The notes beneath the pieces were generated by a model. That model worked only from the letters and a program-made list of their open reading frames with translations. It had not been told where the DNA came from and made no database searches. DNA of 64,000 nt from Rhizodiscina lignyota (Eukaryota). The first letter of the stretch is position 1. The number at the start of each line of letters is the position of its first letter. Shown in pieces: positions 34,219-45,141 of the stretch. The translations under genes and the position numbers were made by a program. The DNA lies in NCBI GenBank assembly GCA_010015805.1, contig ML978124.1:1736001-1800000 (forward strand), in the 5' to 3' direction.

Positions 34219-36456
34219 ATGGCACCAGCATTCTCTCCCCCAATCTCTACCGAGTCCCATACTCTCTCCGCCGAATCCTTCAAGCAACCTGGTGCCGCTC
34301 CACAGGACCTCCTCGCAGTCCTGAGAAAGAATCCAGATGTCCCACTGCAACCCTCCAAGGTTCTGCATGCAGCTGCCCTCACATTTGCCAAGCAATACCT
34401 CGACCCTCTAGCTTTTGGTGTCAGCAATACCCAATTATCTCGCCAGGCGGTGAATCGGCGGAAACGACGCCGGGCTGAGAGAGGCCAGGAGGAGGAAGAT
34501 GCGTTAAGGATTAAGAGAGTACATCTTGAAGGGTTTGGTGTTGATCAGATATGGGAACAAGCGCGGAAAGTTATCTATGCAGCAAGGAAAGAGGCCGAAG
34601 CTGCTGCTTCCAAAGATGAAGAGGGCGAGGACGAAGACATTGAGTCGGTAAATGGCGATGCCGAAGAGAAAGCAGATACAAATGGCACAAAGACGGTTCA
34701 CTTCGATGAAGATGGATTTGAAATCGGATCAGACGAGGATGTCGAAGAAGACGACATCGACGATGCCGAGGACGATGCCGAAATCTTTGAGGACGAAGAA
34801 GAAGAAGAAGCCTCAGAGGAGGAGTTTGATGAAGAGGCGGAGGATATGGCTTTAGAAGGTGTTGATGATTACGACGAAGACGACTACGATGAGGAGGAAG
34901 CTGGCCCAGCCCAAGAATTCGTCGAGGATCTGAACGGACTGAACGACGGCTTCTTCTCGATTGATGATTTCAACCGACAATCCGAATTTTTAGAACGACA
35001 AGATGAAAAGGGCGATCCAGACGACGGTGCTGCTAGCGATGAGGAAGAAGTAGATTGGGCGGCTGATCCATTAGCTGCTGTCGGATCGAAGCAACTGGGC
35101 ATTAACGGCAAACACAAAGACGAGGAGGAAAGCGACGATGAAGATGAAGACGGCCCAACGTTCGGTGACATGGACATCAACGTTCCTGACGGCGAGAGTG
35201 ATATGGAAGAAGACGACGAATTTGATGATGAAGAGATGGGAGACATGGGCGATCTAGGCAATACGAACGATGTTTTGTATGCCGATTTCTTCGCTCCACC
35301 TGCAAAGAAAGCAAACAAGAACAAGCGCGGTCGGCCGCATCCACATAATTTCCCACAGCAGGATTCAACCAAGTCGCGAGACTCAGCACCACACATCGAG
35401 GGTGCAGATGATGTGGAGCGCACAATGTCTGCAGTGCATCGTGACTTATTTTCAGAGTCAGACGAGGCCTCGGAGGAGGAGACCGAGCAACTCGACCCAG
35501 GTGATCCCAAATCTCGTCGATCAACACACGAACGTCGTCAAGCTGCTCTTGCAGAGGAGATCAGGAAGCTTGAAGCTGCAAACATTGCCAAGCGTGAATG
35601 GACGCTTGCAGGCGAGGCTCGAGCGGCAGACAGACCTTTAAATTCGCTTCTCGAGGAAGATCTAGAATTCGAGCGAATCGGGAAGCCTGTCCCAGTCATC
35701 ACCGCAGAAGTCAGCGAAGATATCGAGGCCATGATCAAGCGACGTATCATTGCGCGCGAGTTTGATGAGGTAATTCGCCGACGGCCGGAAAGCCTTGGTG
35801 GACCGGACGTTCGTCGTGGGAAGATGGACTTTGAACTCAGCGATCAGAAGAGCAAGCAAGGACTCGCGGAGTTGTACGAAGAGGAACATCTTCGACACAC
35901 TGATCCTGCGTATGTTGATGTCAAAGACGAGAAACTCAAGCAGGAGCACAAAGAGATCGAGGGGTTGTGGAAGGAGGTCAGTGGCAAGCTTGATGCGCTG
36001 AGTTCGTGGCATTATAAGCCGAAGCCCACAGCACCACAGCTAGAAGTACGGGTAGATGCGCCTGTGCTATCAATGGAAGATGCTAGGCCTACCGCTGGTG
36101 GCGAGGTTTCTGGTGCTAGTGCTCTGGCGCCTCAAGAAGTCTACAAGCCTGGGGAAGTTAAGACTGCGGGTGAGATCGTCACCAAGGGTGGTTTGCCTGT
36201 GAATCACGAGGAACTGTCAAGAGAGCAGAAGAAGAGACGGAGGAGAAGAGATAAGGAGAGGACGAGGAAGGCTGGTGGGGTGGTGAACGGAAACGCTGCG
36301 TCGAACAAAAAGGAACAAGAACGGAGCAATATAATCAGCGATTTGAAGAAAGGTAGCGTCAAGGTCATTGGAAAGAAGGGCGAGTTAAGAGATGTCGATG
36401 GAAGCAAGGCGAAGAGAGACCTGCGCGCCATTACTGGTGGTGCATTCAAGCTATAA
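34219..36456 (+). CDS. MPP10: U3 snoRNP protein Mpp10
   Basis: Acidic central region. Motifs GFGVDQIWEQ, LNDGFFSIDDFN, WTLAGEARAADRPLNSLLEEDLEFE, LDALSSWHYKPKP, MEDARP..LAPQEVY. Confidence 0.95.
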   Translation: MAPAFSPPISTESHTLSAESFKQPGAAPQDLLAVLRKNPDVPLQPSKVLHAAALTFAKQYLDPLAFGVSNTQLSRQAVNRRKRRRAERGQEEEDALRIKRVHLEGFGVDQIWEQARKVIYAARKEAEAAASKDEEGEDEDIESVNGDAEEKADTNGTKTVHFDEDGFEIGSDEDVEEDDIDDAEDDAEIFEDEEEEEASEEEFDEEAEDMALEGVDDYDEDDYDEEEAGPAQEFVEDLNGLNDGFFSIDDFNRQSEFLERQDEKGDPDDGAASDEEEVDWAADPLAAVGSKQLGINGKHKDEEESDDEDEDGPTFGDMDINVPDGESDMEEDDEFDDEEMGDMGDLGNTNDVLYADFFAPPAKKANKNKRGRPHPHNFPQQDSTKSRDSAPHIEGADDVERTMSAVHRDLFSESDEASEEETEQLDPGDPKSRRSTHERRQAALAEEIRKLEAANIAKREWTLAGEARAADRPLNSLLEEDLEFERIGKPVPVITAEVSEDIEAMIKRRIIAREFDEVIRRRPESLGGPDVRRGKMDFELSDQKSKQGLAELYEEEHLRHTDPAYVDVKDEKLKQEHKEIEGLWKEVSGKLDALSSWHYKPKPTAPQLEVRVDAPVLSMEDARPTAGGEVSGASALAPQEVYKPGEVKTAGEIVTKGGLPVNHEELSREQKKRRRRRDKERTRKAGGVVNGNAASNKKEQERSNIISDLKKGSVKVIGKKGELRDVDGSKAKRDLRAITGGAFKL

Positions 36457-36496
36457 TACAAAGATGAATGATACGTTTACATCAACCGTCACCGAC

Positions 36497-38309
36497 TTAT
36501 TGCCGTCGCGATGCCCTTTTCGTCGTATCGATATACGAAGTGTACATCTTCAAATCTTGCACCTCCTCTGGAGGATCGTACACACTGGTCACGATGATAC
36601 TTGCAGATGCGTTTCCTCCCGCCCAACTGATGAGGGAAGGGAGCAATTGATGCACGAGATCCGCTTCTTCGTCCGCCTCACATTCTTCGATGCGATCGAT
36701 AACGATGAAGAGATTTGATATGCGAGACGCCAGTTGCTCGAAAATCCGCCATGTCTGCCTAAATGTCACGGCCTTTTGGAATCGCCAGGTGCTGCAGATC
36801 TCAGGCGCGTCATACGCTATCTCAGGATGTAGATCCAGTAGTTGGACGAGCAGTTTCCGGATCACAGTTAATGGTGTCAATGGAGCGTTGCCGCGCTGGT
36901 CGCAGAAAGCGAACAAGACGTTCGGAGTCTGTGGTTGCAGTGCGCAGATGATATCTGCAGAGAGCTCAGTTACCCAGCTGTCTTGATTGCCGGATCGTCC
37001 GCCAATCCACAGTAGAATATCTCGACCATCTTGCGACCAGTCGAAGAGATCTTCCAAGACGCCGTTATTCTCCCAGTGATCTTTCTGGGATAGGCGAAAT
37101 TGACGATGGACAATGGCTTTCAGCTCCTCTTCAAACTCCATATCATGCGGCTGCAGGATTTCTTGGAGTGACCTGGCGTGCTTGACCATCTCGAAGCGAA
37201 GGAACTCTTCAGGGCCATGTTAGCGTTACACCACATTTGCACCATAGAGCCACGTACTGCCAGTGTCGGAACTCAGTGTCTCGAGTTTCATGTTCATCAT
37301 CTCCATTGTTGTACTCAGCGCACTATGTTGGCTCTCAAAGTTCTCATACAGCTTTGCTACAACCAAGCCTGTATCGGTCATCATCTTCATCATGTCGGCG
37401 CTTTGGGCGATGTGTCCGGCTTCCTTTAGTGCGTGGAGCTTCGTTAGCTCCAGCTCAATGTCCTTAATATAATCACCAAACTTGTTCTCCGGATGGAGGA
37501 TAACATCTACGATTTTTCCTTTGCTGATCGTTAACATTTTCCAGCGTAATGGATTCGAGAACGGACGGCTCTCAGGTGAACATACTCAATTTTCCACCCC
37601 GATAATATGCTACGGCCTCGTCAAGCAGCCTTTGGATGCCAACGTAGATCTTCACCACAGCTTCCTTCATTCCATTTGTGGGAAACACGTTGCTATAAAA
37701 TTCCATCAGAGGGAGCTGTGACCCTAGAGTTTTGATGTACGAGAGCAAAGACTCTTCCCGCTCCTTCTTCGTAACGACGGCCTTATCCAAGTCAGCTTAG
37801 CTACGGGGGCACAGCACATTCGATTAAACGGACATTGAATAAAATGAAGAGCATTCCAAAGGTTACGGTATACTCCGGCGACTGAGGTATTAGCAGCATC
37901 ACAATGTTCGAGGTTCTGTCAGCGAACGTGCAGAACTCTTCCAGGAACTTGGATGATCGCTGCGCAAGCGCGGGTCGATGTGCTCGTTTCTCTTGCTCAT
38001 CTTGAATGTCTTTTAGCCTTTCGATGATAGTGTGTGGGCTGGTTGATTGTGATAGTAGCTTTGCCTCATCTGGTTCAAGTCTGAGTTGCTCGAGTCGTTT
38101 TCTGGAAACGGCGCATGCTTCTTTTGCTGGCGCGTAGTAGCTGGATTTGTATGAGCAACTTGGTCACTTTTGCGAAATGCCAAATCATATCTGGAGAGAA
38201 CTTACCAGAAATCTATCCCGCGACTATACCATGATGTGGCATTCGAGACTGAGTAGATTTCTGGATCTCTGAGATTGGAGAGTGCCTCATCGGTAGGGCG
38301 CCTCTGCAT
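36497..38309 (-). CDS. Helical N-terminal (DUF7708-like) + degenerate NACHT-like protein with no C-terminal sensor repeats
   Basis: Five exons with canonical splice signals (introns 38141-38205, 37782-37833, about 37520-37585 and about 37207-37258). Spliced protein MQRRPTDEAL..IPQSPEYTVTFGMLFILFN|AVV... The last exon has NACHT-like order: LLWIGGRSGNQDSWVT, VLFAFCD, VIRKLLVQLL, FIVIDRIEEC, IIVTS. Confidence 0.72.
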
Positions 38310-38750
38310 TTTGGGAACCTGGAGGAGTTTGACTCTGCTGTGAACGACTCGGAAAGACCACAATCAGACATTTCATGTCATCAGATGGTCAATGAGGGCT
38401 AGCCGATACGTTGGTTAATCTACTAATGCTTGGAATTGCATCTTAATTTCGTTCAGCCTCGCTCTGCTGCCTATCGTCTTCTAGGACTACCGGGACACAG
38501 CCTCCGCCACAAATTGCAGCCCTGCATCCATCCTGCGAGGAAAGAAATACGTTTCAGCTCCAAGTTCCAACTCATCAAGCGTTGGTATTCTTTTAATCCA
38601 TTATATGTGCGTGCGGACTAAACATTCCTCATTTCCTAATCTGTGATTTTTGCAGACCTTTCTTTCTGCCACATTCAGTCGTTTCGATGATGCGACGCGC
38701 ATAGCCACGAGTACTTTCGGCACCTCAGGACTCCCCGGACTCTCTCTAAC

Positions 38751-41374
38751 ATGTCACCAGTGGAATCGAAGCCTCCCAAAACTGTCTTAACTACTGTGCC
38801 CATAGATGACAGCAGCTCCGATAAAGGTGTGGCAACGCCCGAATCATGTCTTTTGGTGTGCCCAAGTTGCGATAGGCCGGTCCAAGTCCATGTTTCTGTA
38901 AACGTGACGGCAGGAAAAGCGGACGGCCGTCCGCCAGCAAGACCAGCGAGTCAGGCCGATGAGGAGTCGCTGCCAGAAAAGAGAGACGGAACAGAAAGTA
39001 ACGTCACTGGCGAGGCACCAGACCCCACGAATGGCTTGGATAAAGAGCCTGAAGGATCAGACGATGGTACCAGTACAACCACAGAGGAACCAAAACATAT
39101 TGGGTTCGTCCTTGAGTTACCAAACAAAAACTGGAGTCTTGTCGATGAGGATGACTGGGAGAAAGCGTATCAACTCACACCTGGAGAGATGAATGCAGTT
39201 GTTCTGAGGAAATATAGCGTTCCCGTCGCTCCAGGTGGATGCCCCGAGAGCAAATTGACGATTCTTTCACCCGAACTCCAGGAAGCCTTCCGTTCAGTCG
39301 TAAAGTACTATACCGACATCTCGGACGATGGCAGAGATATCCAAATAGCCACCCCTTACGAACCACTTTTCTTCTATTATGATCAAATTGTGGAGGCCGC
39401 AAAAGGCCGCTCCAACGGTGACGGGAGCGTTCCCGCTCGCGACTTGGACGGATTCGTTTACAGTTACACCAAGTGGATCAAGCCAGACCATGATAGGCTC
39501 AAGAAGATGATAGCAGAGGGGAACATAGATTACGATAATCTGTGGGCCCTATTCCGACCCGGCGATATCGTTTTCTCGTTGGACGTCTCCGGGCAGCCTC
39601 GACTATATATTATGGTAGCTTGCGAGTATCGACGACCTCTCCAAAACTCCAACTATCGCAACCCATGGGATAATACTAATTATCCTAGGCTCTGCGCCGA
39701 CCTTTGGTCTGTTGGTTGGGATTGTGTGAATCGACAGTTCGAGAGGCTGAGGATTACCAAGTGCATCAAGTCATTTGCGGGCCTATCCCCAATTTCATCT
39801 CTGCCATTCTATCCACTGAGCCACTACCGTAATGGATCTCAAGACGAGATTGACAAGTTACGCTGCGATCTCCAGACTGCAGGTTATCGGTGGAAAGAAC
39901 TCGTGTCAAACCCGCCTTCGTGCCAGCATTACAACGGGCCTGCTCAGGATGTTACCTCATTACAGACACAACTAGTATGGATCCTCAACCTTGATTAGCC
40001 ACTCTCACTAACCGATTCAGATTGATGAGCGCGTTGTTGTCGATGGAACGGCAACTGCTGCTAATGAAAGGAACAATCCAAGAAGCGGAGGCAATGGTGA
40101 CTACATTAGCAGGCCTCCGTCGCCGACCTTTGAACCGGCGCAGATTACAACTGGAGTTATAAGCGAATCGTCAATGTCTCGCCACCGCGGCGACTATTAT
40201 GAGACCCCAGTTGTTTCAATCAGCAACAATGACGAATATTCGCACTACGATGATCTCGATCCTGAGAAAGACTTCGAGGACCTGCAAGCGCAACTCTCGC
40301 CGCCTTCGATCAGGGCGCACGCGATCAAATCGCAAACCTGGTTCAATATTAGAGTCGCGAAAATCAGCGATCCTACGTGGGCGAAAGAGGCCCTTCAACA
40401 TCTCGTTCTTGCAGAGACTACGAAATCTATGCTCCTCGGGCTTGTGGAGAAGCACAAGAAGAACATGCAAGGTGGTCTGTCCGATGTCATACCGTCTAAG
40501 GGAAAAGTAATTGCCAAACCGGCGAGCAAGCTGTTTTGCACAAGGCTAATTCAAATTGCAGGGTCTGGCGGTTGTCCTTCATGGTCCCCCAGGAGTTGGC
40601 AAGACATTGACTGCAGAGACAATGGCCGAACACGCGCAGAAGCCGTTGCTGCCCATCAACGTTGGCGAATTGACTGCGGAGACGAACATGATCTTCCGCC
40701 TGAGAAAAATCTTTGAGACAGCTTCCAGATGGGATGCTGTGCTACTGCTCGACGAGGCGGACGTGCTCCTCGAGAAAAGGTCATATGAGGACCTCCGACG
40801 AAATGGGGTTGTATCAGTGTTCTTGCGTATGCTGGAATATTTCGAAGGTGCGAGGATTATTCTCTATTGTTTCATTTTCAATGCGTCTGGAAACTGTTCA
40901 GTTAGTCTTGGAACTTTATCATTAATTCTCATCCTTACAGGTATCATCTTCTTAACCACAAATCGGATCGAGACCATGGACGTAGCGTTCCAATCCCGGA
41001 TTCATATCGCAATCAAGTATCCGCACGTCACCCCCGAGTTCCGCCGACGTATCTGGGCAAATTTCATTGAGCGGCTAGACGAAAGAGAAGCCCAAGCTAA
41101 ACGAGAGCTCATAGAGCATCTAGATGACATCCAAGAATGGGAACTCAATGGCCGTCAAATACGAAATGTGTTATCCATAGCCGAATCGATTGCCCTGAAT
41201 AAGGAACGCAGGAGAGGCGCACTCCGTTATAGACACGTCGAGGACGTCGCGAACTCGACATTGGATTTCCAGCATTTCTTTGAGGATTCTTTGAAAGAGA
41301 AGAAGAGCCAGGTTGGAGAGATCTCCGGTAGGGCATTCCAAGAACGAAGAGGCAGGAATTTTCCGATGAGATAG
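38751..41374 (+). CDS. Fungal AAA+ ATPase (DUF7025-type N-terminal region)
   Basis: PYEPLFFYY, IDYDNLWALFRPGDIV, ISSLPFYPL, IDERVVVD. Walker A LHGPPGVGKTLTAE, Walker B VLLLDEADV, FLRMLEYFEG|IIFLTTNR, DVAFQSRIH, LNGRQIRN. Introns 39975-40020, 40507-40561 and 40848-40940. Confidence 0.92.
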
Positions 41375-41584
41375 GTGCGATTAGATGTACAGAGATACCC
41401 TGGCAGCAAAAAAATATGGAGAGCAGATTCTTCTGTTTAGCATTGGAGATTCACTACACTTACTGTACATGGTTTGAGCGGCGATTACTCCACATATCGT
41501 ACAAATCGTTTACGCAGCCCCTTATTCTTCAGGTTATTTATGGCGCTTACCATTTCACCTCACTTCGCATCGCCAAACGGCGCC

Positions 41585-42745
41585 TTAGCGCTGTGGATGC
41601 TCTTTTAACCATCGAACGCGCTCTTCCATGTCCTTCATGAACTTTTTCGATGCCTCAATATGCGGTGTCGCGACCCACCAGCCGTGGGGAACGCCTGTCA
41701 CTGTTAGTACCGCGTATTGGTGTATGTCAGCTAACCAACAGGCTCACCTCTATAAACGACCTTTTTAGTAGAAACGCCAGACTCCTCTCGCAGAAGCTCC
41801 TCATATAACAGTCCCTCATCGCGGACGATGTCCATGCCAGCAATCTGAAAGAAGTGAGGCGGTAGTCCCGCATGGCCCTTGGTAACTAACCGTCAGCACC
41901 ACATTACTCGTCTCATAAGATTGTCATATCACAAACCTTCGGATGGTTGAAGAACACATACAGCGGGCTGTTCAGATCGCCATTGTACGCCTTCCTCCAC
42001 TTCTTTATAGCCGCAATGGTCAGACCTCCTGGGGCATTCGCATTCTTCTCCATACTCTTACATCGCGCTTTGTACTTCTCGGGCATCACTTCCGGCGGAC
42101 AGCAGCTCGGGACCATCAAGTGTACGCCCGTTAGCGGCGGCTCCAGCCCCTCGTCTCTTGCCAGGTGCGCGACAACGTTACTCAGATTCGCGCCAGCGCT
42201 CGTCCCACCGACGATAAAGCACTTCGCCGGGTCAGCGCCGAGTGATCCAGCGTGCGTAGCAGCCCACTGCACTGCATCCCACGCATCGTTAGGGGCGTAT
42301 GGGAAGGGATACTCCGGCGCCAGACGATATTCTACGTTCACGACTATGAAGCCTAGAGAGCGGGCGAGCAGGCGGCAGCTGTGGTCTTCGCTGTTTACGC
42401 TGCCTATGACGAACCCACCGCCGTGAAACATGACGTACAGCGGACATGGCGAAGATGGTAAGGGGCGGGACGGTAAATTTTGAGCTTCATATCGTAACCA
42501 TCGCGGGTGGGGATGGTTTGCTCGTACTCTTCGACGCCATCGGGGGAGCTGGGGAAGTTGAGCAGCGATGAGGCGCGGAGGGTCCCGATTGGGATGTCTT
42601 CAACATTTATGGGCGGTAGATTGAGAGATTTGAGGGCCTTGGTATTGTTAATGCTTATTGTGCAATAGAGTTTTGCCGTGCTAATTACCTCGAGGTATTC
42701 AAGATCGGCTTCGCCATACTCTGACCAATTGGACGATTCGGTCAT
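41585..42745 (-). pseudogene. HSL-family esterase/lipase (alpha/beta hydrolase-3) with a 1-nt frameshift
   Basis: HGGG oxyanion motif, VEYRLAPEYPFP, GTSAG nucleophile, DIVRDEG and GVPHG; three introns. The frame breaks between IYRPAP and PSSPCPLYVMFHGGG at a G run (about 42462-42465). May be a homopolymer sequencing error. Confidence 0.75.
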
Positions 42746-45141
42746 GTTGATCAGCAATGAGACGAAATGCTCTCTTCTCTCTCTTGCTTTCGACAAAGTA
42801 TCGCGGATGTTATCTCACTATTCTGCAAAAGATTAAGAGAAAGAAAAGCTCTCCTTTGCGCTCTACAGATTGGAATAGACTGAAGATGAGCAATCAGTAG
42901 TTGAGGAAACCTACCATACTTATCCTCAGGACGCAACAGGTCAGGTATATCCAAAGTGCATCGTACTCGGGCCCGGCTGAGACAATTCTATCCATGCCTT
43001 CGGAATACCGTCCGGAGCCGTAACTGCTTGCACATCTCCAGCCATTCAGGGGACAAGTTCCACGGTGACCCCAATGCGGCATTTGCGGCGACTTCACAAG
43101 ATTATCAAAAGCAGGTTTCCAGTCGCTTTATGAGGTAGGATAAAGGACCAGAAATGTAGTCTGGAGTCATCAATCACCTCATCAGCGTCCTGCGGCAAAT
43201 TAAACGTCACTGAAGTAGCGTCTAGTCGTATTCGTTTAACCTCCAGCTTCCTCGTTCGGATTGCGTGAGCGGGTCACCGCCCTTATGCGGGAAATTCGAC
43301 TACCTCAATAGGCGCGGAGAGAGAAGTGGCTGATACGTTGACTCATTGTAAGATATTGACAAGGATCATTCCAGACGTTAACGCTTCGTACGCAGTCAAG
43401 CATATTCGCTTAGAAACGAAGAAAGCTGCTGCTGGTCATCATCGTAGAGTGTAGTCAAACGCCACCGGTTCCTGTAGACTTCCACCAACGTGCGAAGACG
43501 CTAGCGAAGACTTTCAAGATTGTCTATTTGTGGCTGTTCGGAGAGGACATGACATGGCACCGGCGAGAAGCTAAGATGGAGAATATCTGGTAGAGAAGGC
43601 ATGAAGGCTTCAAAGGGATAGATAGTTTGAGTAGCTTAAATAGTAGAGATATTACGAAGGAGTCCCCTGCAACATAGGCTGTCAGCCCACCATTTCCGCT
43701 TGACACGTTGATTCCTACAGAAGCATATGCCCTTAGACAGGAGACCTAGTAGAGACACCTATATCTATGTAAATCTAAGTCATTGAGGAGTAGCGCTAGT
43801 ATTGAAAAGGCCCCTCCCGTACTTAAACGCTAAATTGCACGACAGTTCAATCATTAGAAGACTCTCCTTGCAGTTTGCGGACCTGGCAGATAACCTTCTG
43901 AGATACCTGCGCGAGATGCGATTACCCTGAGAGGCGGCCACTGAATAAGTTCATAGCATCGGCAATTCCGCTTAACATGTTGCGCTCTGCTCCATGCCAA
44001 CAACCCTCTTCGCCGCAAAGTCAGACATACGCTTCACAAACTTCAAACGTACCTCAACCAACCCATCAACTTATACAAGGAGCCTACCCACCTCCAACTC
44101 CCACATATCTTTGCCTCCTTACCGGCCTATCCAACCCCCTACTTTCCCCCTTCCCTCGCATATCGCAAAACCTCACAGAAGATATCTCACGTCACACACT
44201 GCCAAGACATCACGCATTCGCAAACACGCACACCAAAACATCAATAACCATATTTTCATTTTCCCTCGCTCTATCCTGGCACTCGCCATCGACACACTCC
44301 CCGCTCGCCGCCTCAAACAAAACTACAAAAGGAGGTATCTATAGAATCGAAGTAAGAGTCAACTTGCACCAGGCGACACGCCTGCTGCATTACAAACTTG
44401 TACCGCAGAAATTGCACCGCAGTGTATTCAACATAGGAAAGAAACTAGCTCGGTGTGACGCGCGCGCGCAGGCGCAGAGGAGAGGGAAAAACTACAAGAA
44501 GGAAGGCTATTCAACGCCAGCCATGCAATTAAACTGAGAAAGCCCGAAACCATGCCATTCCCCCCCATTCCCCCATCAACACCCGCACCGGTTTTTACAA
44601 AGGAGAGATGATAGACAAATGCCGGCGGCGCAGCGGGCAGGAATGGTGTGTTAGCAACTACTACCAAAGGCAACGCAAAAAGTCAAAAAACAAAAATTAC
44701 ATCAGCAATTCAGCTGTCTCTGGTCCGCAGAAAAGCGCAAGCAAAGTCGAAGCCAAAATGTGCAAGGTAAAGAAGCAGTCCCATGCCTGCGGTATCCTCA
44801 GAATTAAAAGCGCTTAAAAGGGCGCGCAAAGAAAAAAAAGTCGAAAAAGACAAAGAAAGTGTATCCGGTCCCGCTTTATCGCCAGTACAGACACGCATCA
44901 ATCGCTCGCCATACTCCTCGCAATACTTTCTGAGAACTGTGTCTTCTCTCCCTCCATCTCCTCTTCTGCCCAGCGCTCATTGCGCTCCATCCACTCCTGA
45001 ATCCTCTCTTCCAGTCCCACAAACCCATTGTCAAAGGTCAAGAAAACCAAATGCTTCCAAGTCAATGTGTTATCCAGCATCGGGCTCTCCGGATCATACC
45101 ACGGCACCGACAGCGCGCGACTCTCACTTCCACTGCCACTC

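Noticed and set aside
43600..43860. TpA-rich patch resembling a RIP-mutated transposon relic
   Set aside because: Short, with no terminal repeats or transposase/RT motifs. No mobile element could be supported anywhere in the window.
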